From positions 54,974 through 74,973 of IMG/VR virus record IMGVR_UViG_3300008050_000035: a stretch of DNA of 20,000 nt, one strand, 5' to 3'. This document shows positions 6,635-13,706 of the stretch, in pieces (the first letter of the stretch is position 1; every line of letters begins with the position of its first letter). This DNA comes from an uncultured virus (IMG/VR IMGVR_UViG_3300008050_000035) (lineage: Duplodnaviria; Heunggongvirae; Uroviricota; Caudoviricetes). The translations under genes were made by a program, and so were the position numbers. The notes under the pieces were generated by a model, which made no database searches, was not told the DNA's origin, and was given only the letters and a program-made list of their open reading frames with translations.

Positions 6635-9582
6635 ATCCTATGGTGGCCAATTGGGCTACTGCTACTTAGAGCCTGTAATGTTTTTCTTTGGTGAAGGGCC
6701 ATCCGGGCCTTTCTTGCCCTAGAAAGAGCCTTTCCCGAACCATACTGTTTAAAAGCAGCTGATCGACGTTTGCTGTGAATCTGGTTGCTGGTACCAACAG
6801 TGTCAAGAGCCATAACGGCATCAAGACGACCGTATCCGTTTCTATGGCTAAGTTTATTACTGTTTTCATTACGTCCTTTTGTTCTGATGAAGCCAGCAAG
6901 ATCTTGAAGCTGTTCCTGCATATAACTTGTGCTCGGGGTACTTGCAGCCGACATAATTTGTGGGCCAACATGGTCTGCCCCCACATTGTAACGACTACCT
7001 AGATCCGCAGCAAGTGCAGCCGAAGCTGGTGTAAACTGCCCTGATGTTTGGGCAGCATTCATTGCGCTTACCATCATCATTGTTCCGGCGTTCTTCACAA
7101 CAGATTCAGGATTGGCCAACTGGTTAAATGTCACTCTGTTTCCAGAAGCAGCTGTATGCTCATAAAAACTACGAGCCCATGGCTGGCTCCACATACCCCT
7201 GTTAGTCTGATAGGCTCTTGTTTCAGCTTCTTTTAGCGCAGCATAATTAATACTTGCGTATTGTGCCTTTCCAAAAGGCAAATGGCTAGCTATTCCTCTT
7301 TTCACAAGTTCGTAGTTAAGGTTTCGCCCATCAGCGTAAACAGCACCCAGTGCACGACCATATGTTATTTCGTTTGGGTTGAAGATTAAATCAATATCAC
7401 TGGCGCCAGCAAGCATAGCTTGGAAAGCCTGCGTTGCTTGATTGGCAAATGGTTGTGCCGGTCTATCTCCGTGTGCAACTTCCGGAGAGTCAAGGCCAGC
7501 CAGTCGGAAACTATAAGACTTATTTAAACCAAAGAAATCTTGCAATGCACCTGTGAGCCCACCTCTGCGAATTGTTACAGTATCAGCATCGTCTGCCGTA
7601 AGTTTCCAGTTCCCATCTTTAATATTGATCTTTTTCAGATCTCCTCTCATGCCGTAATCAGCACCCGCAACTGTTTGTCCACTTTTTACAAAATCATAGC
7701 CACCACCAATAAATGGACTCCAGGTAGGCAGCGAAGGCACCTTGTTTTGATAGTGTTGTGCTCCGTACTGGACACGCAACCACTTCTCTCGCTCGCGGAG
7801 CATTTCTTGGTCGATGAAAACTTGCTGAACCCCAACAGGTCCACGGTATGGTGAACCAAAGTCAGTCATGCTATGGCGTTGCTGTTTCGCAACGGCTCCC
7901 TCGGACATTCCCTCGATTTGCTGCCTGCTAACCCATTCGTCATAACCATAATGCAGAATGGATTCTGGGCGTGCAGGCTGTTGTTGAAACACGCTTGCCG
8001 TCGCTCCAATAGCTGACAATGCAGCAGCAGCGCCTGCAAATACGCCTGCACGCCCTCGTGCGGCCCTAACACCCATCTCCATAAGCTCAAGGCCAACACC
8101 AGCCTTCGGTCGCTGCAGGACCTTGCTTAAGCGTGCACTTGCACCGCCAACTTGAATTTGAGAATACTGGTTGCGCAACTGAGAAAGACGATCGTGTACA
8201 TATCGATTAAGACCTTGCTCGTCCTGAGAGTGCTGACTCATGCGTTGCCAAAGCGCATCTAAATCAACCTGGTCGTAACGTCCCTCTGCACGCACGTGCC
8301 CAAGGACCTGATCCATTGTACTGTAATTTGTACGCGTACTTCTTGTGCGCCAAACCTGAGTAAACTGCCCTTTGGGTGTAAGTTGGCTTTGAGCGAAAGG
8401 CAAACCGCCTTGTCGCTGCTGAGTAAACCCTTGTTTTAAGATATCCTGCTGAGCGCGTTGCAGTCGTTTCAGAGCCTGCTCTTCCTGCAGGATCGGTGAG
8501 TGTTCTTCCAGAGCCTGGAAATACATACTGACTTGCCCTAAGACACCATCGCTACCTTCTTTCAAATATCTCTTACCTAGCTCAGTACCCTCTGCTACGT
8601 GTTGAAGAGCACTAGTAAGCTTTACCCCTCTTTCGAGAACATAGCTTTCATGAATAGCTACATCTTCTGCTGCACGGTGAACTTCCCTCATTCCGATACG
8701 CTCGGTATTGCCCTCTGCAAGAGCGTGGAGCCTGTGAGAGATATCTACACCTGTACCAAGGTAGTTTAAGTCCTTCTCTGTGAAGCCAAGTTTCTTTCCG
8801 TACGAATGGAGTGCGCGCGTCACATCCTGAATATCACGAACTGCCGTCTCCCCCGCCTTGGGTTGGTTTTGCAGGTAAGCTTTCCAAACACCAGTCCAAT
8901 CTCCATTTGCTTGAGCACGAGTGCGTGCACGAGTAACTTCTGAACCAGTTACGTAGAACGGGTCGGGGCTTTGCGGATTCCATGTCTCTAATCCGGACTT
9001 GAACTGCTCAGCAGCTTCGGGACCCAGCGCCCCAAGCTGTGCGCCAACTTGCTTGCTTTCAAAAACAGCATTGGCAATCCAAACGGTCTTGCCACTCATT
9101 ACCTGCTTGAGAGTTCCAAGAGCATCTTCAACACCAACCTGTTTCCCCAGGTTGGCTTTTATGCCAAGTTTTTCAAACCTGGTAGTACGAGCAGCGTTTT
9201 GAGCATTTATCTCGGTTGATGACGCTCCTAGTAAGTGCGGGTAGTGCTGAATCATACTTGCAAGCCATGGCTGCTGCTCACGCAATAGCGCCATTGTCTG
9301 TCCACGAGGAACTGGTGCTCCTGCTTGCCTCTCGACTTGAGCATGAAGTGCGTGCATCCAGTTACTGTACTTGTGTGCAGTGTATTGGTCAGCCGATGTA
9401 CTTGCCAGCTTGGTATGCTCTTGTGGCATAGTCTGGATGGTTACTGCATTTGGGTTCAGTACAAAACTTTGCAAGTTGCGCGACTGCACATCCATAAAAG
9501 CCAGCTCATGCATGCCGGCACCACGTTCGAGACCAAGGGTCTCAGTGTCAAGAATAATTGCACGACGAAGTAATTCAGACAC
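6631..9582 (-). CDS. Large fusion protein: N-terminal DEDDh (DnaQ-like) 3'-5' exonuclease plus C-terminal staphylococcal nuclease (SNase/thermonuclease) domain (983 aa)
   Basis: ExoI ILDTETLGL, ExoII-like IANAVFE, ExoIII HRAAEDV. SNase motifs DADTV, FRLAGLDSPE, QPF, YGRALGAVY, NLNYELVKRGIA, EAETRA..NRGMWS. GTG start with AGGAG SD. Confidence 0.85.
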   Translation of the reverse strand: MSELLRRAIILDTETLGLERGAGMHELAFMDVQSRNLQSFVLNPNAVTIQTMPQEHTKLASTSADQYTAHKYSNWMHALHAQVERQAGAPVPRGQTMALLREQQPWLASMIQHYPHLLGASSTEINAQNAARTTRFEKLGIKANLGKQVGVEDALGTLKQVMSGKTVWIANAVFESKQVGAQLGALGPEAAEQFKSGLETWNPQSPDPFYVTGSEVTRARTRAQANGDWTGVWKAYLQNQPKAGETAVRDIQDVTRALHSYGKKLGFTEKDLNYLGTGVDISHRLHALAEGNTERIGMREVHRAAEDVAIHESYVLERGVKLTSALQHVAEGTELGKRYLKEGSDGVLGQVSMYFQALEEHSPILQEEQALKRLQRAQQDILKQGFTQQRQGGLPFAQSQLTPKGQFTQVWRTRSTRTNYSTMDQVLGHVRAEGRYDQVDLDALWQRMSQHSQDEQGLNRYVHDRLSQLRNQYSQIQVGGASARLSKVLQRPKAGVGLELMEMGVRAARGRAGVFAGAAAALSAIGATASVFQQQPARPESILHYGYDEWVSRQQIEGMSEGAVAKQQRHSMTDFGSPYRGPVGVQQVFIDQEMLREREKWLRVQYGAQHYQNKVPSLPTWSPFIGGGYDFVKSGQTVAGADYGMRGDLKKINIKDGNWKLTADDADTVTIRRGGLTGALQDFFGLNKSYSFRLAGLDSPEVAHGDRPAQPFANQATQAFQAMLAGASDIDLIFNPNEITYGRALGAVYADGRNLNYELVKRGIASHLPFGKAQYASINYAALKEAETRAYQTNRGMWSQPWARSFYEHTAASGNRVTFNQLANPESVVKNAGTMMMVSAMNAAQTSGQFTPASAALAADLGSRYNVGADHVGPQIMSAASTPSTSYMQEQLQDLAGFIRTKGRNENSNKLSHRNGYGRLDAVMALDTVGTSNQIHSKRRSAAFKQYGSGKALSRARKARMALHQRKTLQALSSSSPIGHHRM

Positions 9583-9609
9583 CTGTACTCCTAGTCAAAT
9601 CCCATATAC

Positions 9610-9633
9610 AAAGAAAGGAGCCATACGGCTCCT
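9610..9633 (-). terminator. Intrinsic terminator-like hairpin
   Basis: Minus strand AGGAGCC-GTAT-GGCTCCT followed by TTCTTT, ~20 nt after the stop of 9654..10421. Confidence 0.6.
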
Positions 9634-9653
9634 CGTGAACAGTAAGCAACCTG

Positions 9654-10421
9654 TTAGTCGTCTAACATAATAGCCCGATCTTCATCAGGAACACCAGTTA
9701 GGCTAGACCGAGCCGCTTCTTCAAGATATTTACGGACAGCTAAAATCTCTTTTAGGACGTTGCTGTCTTCGCGCTGTCCACCAGTCTGAAATTCGTGTTT
9801 GGCTTTAGCAGCACGTGTTTCCATAAGGCGCTCAAGAAGTCGTTCGCGCCTGCGCTCAAGTCTATCAAGCACTTCAAAAACAGGGTGAAGTTGTGTGCTG
9901 AACACCTCGTATGTAGCGTCCCCAGCTTCCTTGACGTCTTTATCTTGACGAAGAAAGTCACGCCCTTCGCCATCACGGTCACCTTCGCTAGTTATCATAA
10001 GTGCTCTGTTTTTATACATGTCGATGATAGCCAATTCGTTAACTAAGGCTAATTCAACAGGGTTGGCAGGATCAACTTCTAGGTGTTGGCAATACTCTAT
10101 AATTTTTTGTCGCTGGTACATGGTCTCAAGCACACAAGGCATCATCATGGGGTAATTGCTGTCGGGACCATAGTCTCGTTTTTGTTTCTGTTTTACATCC
10201 GGAATAGGGCAGTGGTTTACAAACGGACAGCGCGAAGGCCCCTGGCACGTGAGTGGAGCAACTGTGTGCAGGCCATGGCGCATACGATTGAGAGAGTTGG
10301 TAATGCGCTGACGTTTTTCCGGAGCCATACGCTGCAGGAAATCCATATAGGCGCTTTCCTCTTCCTGAAGCCCCTGAAGTAATGCTTGCTGCTTCTCCTG
10401 TATTTCCTGCTTCTTGCTCAT
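9654..10421 (-). CDS. Hypothetical protein with Cys cluster and C-terminal coiled coil; candidate terminase small subunit (255 aa)
   Basis: CQGPSRCPFVNHCP...PC putative metal site, helical oligomerisation-like region (HPVFEVLDRLERRRERLLERLMETR), upstream of terL on the same strand. TerS identity is inference. Confidence 0.45.
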   Translation of the reverse strand: MSKKQEIQEKQQALLQGLQEEESAYMDFLQRMAPEKRQRITNSLNRMRHGLHTVAPLTCQGPSRCPFVNHCPIPDVKQKQKRDYGPDSNYPMMMPCVLETMYQRQKIIEYCQHLEVDPANPVELALVNELAIIDMYKNRALMITSEGDRDGEGRDFLRQDKDVKEAGDATYEVFSTQLHPVFEVLDRLERRRERLLERLMETRAAKAKHEFQTGGQREDSNVLKEILAVRKYLEEAARSSLTGVPDEDRAIMLDD

Positions 10422-10750
10422 CTTAGGCTCAACTCCACAGTAGGTGCCTCAATTCCAAAATCGGAAACATCACCAGCCTTTAGGTGAGAGCTGGCGTCAA
10501 ACAGTTCCTGAGTCTGCAGAGCCTGCTGGAGTGCATCGCCTAGCTGGGCACGATGGCGTAAATCCATCTGTTCGCTCTGAAGGACAAGTACGCGCTCTAG
10601 CAGCGCGTCTGCTGCCTGGGCATCAGTAGCTGGCCAAATAGTATCTTCAGTCTCCCAGAACCAGCCTTTATTGTAACTAAGTGTAGGGTTGACTGGTTGG
10701 CCTTGTGCCTCAAATTCAAGGGCTTGGATTTCAGTTGCTGGAATTTTCAT
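10418..10750 (-). CDS. Hypothetical protein (110 aa, MKIPATEIQ...)
   Basis: Start moved to ATG 10750 (AGAGGA SD), cutting the overlap with 10731..10976 to 20 nt; ATGA overlap downstream. Confidence 0.65.
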   Translation of the reverse strand: MKIPATEIQALEFEAQGQPVNPTLSYNKGWFWETEDTIWPATDAQAADALLERVLVLQSEQMDLRHRAQLGDALQQALQTQELFDASSHLKAGDVSDFGIEAPTVELSLR

Positions 10751-10976
10751 CAAGTAGGTCCTCTGCTTCATAGGGATTGAAGTCTTGTAGTAGTGTGCTG
10801 CGGGCGCTGCATACGATCTCGCACTGTACGCCAACTACACTGAGAAGTGCTTCGCACTCGCCGTCTGTAGTGGCCATGAAGTTAATCATCTGTACGCCCA
10901 GAATAGGCTCGCCGGTACTGGCGTTGATGACCTTGGTGCCATTGGCAGTCCCATCGCTAATGATTTTAAGTTTCAT
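10731..10976 (-). CDS. Small beta-rich hypothetical protein (81 aa)
   Basis: Protein-like alternating hydrophobic pattern (MKLKIISDGTANGTKVINASTGEPILGVQ); operon packing. Confidence 0.7.
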   Translation of the reverse strand: MKLKIISDGTANGTKVINASTGEPILGVQMINFMATTDGECEALLSVVGVQCEIVCSARSTLLQDFNPYEAEDLLDENSSN

Positions 10977-11235
10977 TGAGTAATTTTAAAATTTGGGAAA
11001 GTTTGGGTGGAACGGGCTCAAGAGTCTTGAGAAATTTAAGTAATTCCTGTTGCTCGTTATCTACGTAGTATAACTTAATACAGGCTTTACCGTATCGGCA
11101 GTGACGCCCTCGGGGGCTACTGTCAACGAAAAACTTATACCTATAACTGTGGAAACTCATGAAAACATCATGGCCGTAGCGGCGGTGAAGTCCATGAAGT
11201 AGATTGGATAATTCGTACATACGGTTATGCTGCAT
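10966..11235 (-). CDS. Hypothetical protein (89 aa, MQHNRMYELS...), first gene of the leftward unit
   Basis: First ATG in the ORF is at 11235; the upstream part of the track ORF is AT-rich repeat sequence. Confidence 0.55.
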   Translation of the reverse strand: MQHNRMYELSNLLHGLHRRYGHDVFMSFHSYRYKFFVDSSPRGRHCRYGKACIKLYYVDNEQQELLKFLKTLEPVPPKLSQILKLLNET

Positions 11236-11241
11236 ACTGGT

Positions 11242-11269
11242 AGTATAAACGCCTACGTGTACAGGGCAA
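11242..11269 (-). promoter_or_regulatory. Candidate sigma70-type promoter TTGCCC-N16-TATACT, giving a leaderless mRNA
   Basis: Minus strand -35 at 11269-11264 and -10 at 11247-11242; 6 nt separate the -10 from ATG 11235, which has no SD. Confidence 0.4.
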
Positions 11270-11274
11270 CCAAA

Positions 11275-11324
11275 TGAAATGAAAATTTCAAATACAGGAA
11301 AAGAATTGAGTGAAATGAAAATTT
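11275..11324. repeat. Direct repeat TGAAATGAAAATTT x2 in an AT-rich divergence region
   Basis: Exact 14-mers at 11275-11288 and 11311-11324; ATACAGGA also occurs twice (11292, 11348). Confidence 0.7.
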
Positions 11325-11495
11325 TGGGAATGGAAGAGTAAAAACACATACAGGACTGCAGTACCTGGTTTATTTAAGGCAGTGTAGGTAGGGTCCCTTT
11401 GTGTTCGGAGCCCACCCCGGTCTAAGTATGAGACCATTTCCTTCTTTTTTACGCACGTGGGCAATGTTGCCCATGTGTACATACCGGAGGGACAC

Positions 11496-11534
11496 ATGTG
11501 TGATCCAGAGCGGGGAGATATATTCGACATGTAA
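11496..11534 (+). CDS. Candidate 12-aa minigene MCDPERGDIFDM
   Basis: GGAGG SD 5 nt before ATG; flanked by a degenerate cassette element upstream and a full element downstream. Confidence 0.3.
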   Translation: MCDPERGDIFDM

Positions 11535-11543
11535 GTCGGGTAT

Positions 11544-11590
11544 GGGAGAGCGCAAGCTCTCCCCTCCTTTTTATGGCGTGCTGAAGCCAT
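11544..11590 (+). promoter_or_regulatory. Intergenic cassette element copy 1
   Basis: GGGAGAGC-GCAA-GCTCTCCC, CTCCTTTTT, ATGGC-N8-GCCAT. Confidence 0.8.
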
Positions 11591-12260
11591 GTGTACTGTG
11601 AGTACATGTGGTGAGCGTCGGCTGAGAAGCCTTAAGTCCTGATTACTGTGTGGTGTGTAGGCAACCAGCAGTAAGCTCTCTCCCTACACAACAATGACCC
11701 GGTATGGGGATACTCACAAAGGGCACAACCGCAAGATGTAAGACATCTGCATGTGCCTGGCAATACATACCTGCTTATGCTCCTGCAAGGAAGGAGTTAG
11801 TGAGCCCGCCACTAGGATGCGGGAGGTGACAGTACCACCGATGTACGTTAGTCAGCCTGCGACTAGGATGCAGGATAGTGTAGCCCCTACTAGGACAGGG
11901 GATGTATGAGGGAAGGTGGGGACTGCCCACGGATACCTCTGGTGTGTTGCTCACCCAGGACTGGAGCTGTACGTATGCCTAGTGCATGCGTATAGTGGCC
12001 GGATGCAACTGCTTAGGCCACTATAAGGAAGTGGTAGGTAATCTGCACCTGAAAGCAGGGACGATAGCGCTCGTACAAGCGCTAGTACACAGGTACGACC
12101 TAGTAGGACATGGGCTCAGGTAGGTAGGCATGCCTACACTGAGATGGCACTGCTACTAGGTAACATGCAAGGATAACAGTACGTCCTATACGTGCTCGCT
12201 GTGGGGTGAGATGCCCACATGTACACACTGTACAACCCGTGCACTTAAGCACATAGATGT
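11573..12260 (+). ncRNA. Candidate large structured non-coding RNA or long leader with tandem H-type pseudoknots
   Basis: No credible ORF over ~690 nt; many stems with plus-strand G-U pairs; 4-5 abutting pseudoknots with covariation at 11772-11901. Boundaries inferred. Confidence 0.65.
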
Positions 12261-12273
12261 CCTGGAGGACACC

Positions 12274-12846
12274 ATGACCAGCAACACAATCATCGAGATC
12301 GTCAGTACATTCACCACATACCTGAACACAGGTATCGCATTCATGCTAGCTACCCTAGTAGCGCTTGTGTGTGCAGGCATCGCAGAGAAGATCATGCACG
12401 CACAGAAGACGGCACAGTACAAGGCCCCCTCTGAGGAAGAGGTCTGTGAGGAAGAGGTCATCGCCTGCATAGGCCTGGAGAGCATCAGCGCTGAGGAGTA
12501 CATGGACATGGAAGATGCCTCGGTGGTGGTAGTAGAGACCGCCTATCTGACCCTGGTGGATGAGCCCGTGTACTCTGATGAGGAGTACATGGCTGAGGAA
12601 GACGCTCAGGTAGAAGAGCAGGAGATCACGCTCGAGCAGAACATGGACATGGTAGTGTGGACAGTGAGTCGGAAGATCCTGTCTGCGGTCAAGTTCGTCA
12701 AGGCTCTGGTAGAAGCACCTGCTCGTATAGCCAAGCTGGAGCAGGAGATCGCCGAGCTGAAGCAGAACAACTTCGACTTTGACTTTGACTTCTATGCTGA
12801 CGTGAGTGAAGATGAGGGCGTCGAGCAGTACAGGCGCCAAGCGTAA
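12274..12846 (+). CDS. Membrane-anchored, highly acidic protein with C-terminal coiled coil (190 aa)
   Basis: Start ATG 12274 after TGTCC-TGGA-GGACA SD hairpin; TM GIAFMLATLVALVCAGIA; Glu/Asp-rich middle; RIAKLEQEIAELKQ. Confidence 0.8.
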   Translation: MTSNTIIEIVSTFTTYLNTGIAFMLATLVALVCAGIAEKIMHAQKTAQYKAPSEEEVCEEEVIACIGLESISAEEYMDMEDASVVVVETAYLTLVDEPVYSDEEYMAEEDAQVEEQEITLEQNMDMVVWTVSRKILSAVKFVKALVEAPARIAKLEQEIAELKQNNFDFDFDFYADVSEDEGVEQYRRQA

Positions 12847-12854
12847 GGGCATTT

Positions 12855-12945
12855 GAAAGGCAGCCCACTGGAGGCTACCTTTCTTTTATGGCCTCACAAG
12901 GATATGCATTTCGCATGTTCGGGCCATACCAAAGGAAGCACAATG
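12855..12945 (+). promoter_or_regulatory. Intergenic cassette element copy 2 (expanded second hairpin)
   Basis: GAAAGGCAGCC-CACTGGA-GGCTACCTTTC, TTTT, TATGGCC (12887) pairs with GGCCATA (12922), AAGGA SD, ATG 12943. Confidence 0.85.
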
Positions 12946-13626
12946 CGCACCATCACCATGACCGACGCCGTTCTCGCCCTCATCACCGACGATGCAGACA
13001 GGGAGTTGATGTCTAGCATGAAGGACAGCGAAGCCCCTGAGGACATCATCAAGGATATGCTGACTGAGGGGTCCTACAGCCGCCTGTTCGCAGGCAACAA
13101 CCATGCAGTCGCAGAGCTGCATATCACTGACAACAACAACGCTCAGGAGAGCACCATGATCGAGACCAAGACCACCAAGACCGCCACCCTGTCCTACATG
13201 GGCATAAGCTTCGAGATCACTACCAAGATGGACAAGGCATTCGCTGACAAGACAATCACGGCTGAGGACTTCCCAAACCTGTCCAAGGGCATGCTGCTAC
13301 AGATCGCTACCTGGCAGAACGAGCACGTCAACGCTCAGGACGTGGAGACCCCTGTGGCGGAGACCCTCACCCCTCGGCAGATGTTGAGCAAAGCTTACAA
13401 CGCCCAGCTCTCGGCCAAGCAGAAGACCTGGCTGCGTGCCAACAACCGCTACAAGGGCATCCACTTCGAAGACATGGGAAAGGGTCGCTTCAAGATCCGG
13501 TTCGCCAACTTCAGCACCAAGAGCAAGAAAACCCTGGAAGGCGTGTTCCAGAAGGCTGCTGATGCCAACAACTGGTACTGCAAGGTGCAGGCATCGCACG
13601 TGTACATCAACATGCACCTCGGCTAG
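12943..13626 (+). CDS. Hypothetical protein (227 aa) with a second in-frame start at 13156
   Basis: ATG after cassette element; strong C/G-ending codon bias; acidic N-terminal and basic C-terminal parts. Confidence 0.85.
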   Translation: MRTITMTDAVLALITDDADRELMSSMKDSEAPEDIIKDMLTEGSYSRLFAGNNHAVAELHITDNNNAQESTMIETKTTKTATLSYMGISFEITTKMDKAFADKTITAEDFPNLSKGMLLQIATWQNEHVNAQDVETPVAETLTPRQMLSKAYNAQLSAKQKTWLRANNRYKGIHFEDMGKGRFKIRFANFSTKSKKTLEGVFQKAADANNWYCKVQASHVYINMHLG

Positions 13627-13638
13627 TAGCTGAACATT

Positions 13639-13706
13639 GAAAGGGCACCCACAGGAGGTGCCCTTTTTCTATGGACACTCAAGTCCATGCCTTGGAGGGC
13701 ATTATG
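13639..13706 (+). promoter_or_regulatory. Intergenic cassette element copy 3
   Basis: GAAAGGGCACC-CACAGGA-GGTGCCCTTTT, TCT, ATGGAC-ACTCAA-GTCCAT, ATGCCT-TGGA-GGGCAT, ATG 13704. Confidence 0.85.

Noticed and set aside
11288..11601. Track ORFs 11288..11590 (-), 11370..11555 (-) and 11401..11601 (+)
   Set aside because: They run through hairpins and the cassette element, lack SDs and have non-protein-like composition.
11573..12260. tRNA, tmRNA or self-splicing intron
   Set aside because: No T-loop GTTCRA or acceptor stem/CCA seen, no interrupted host gene, and no recognisable group I core or group II domain V by eye; an Rfam scan is still needed.
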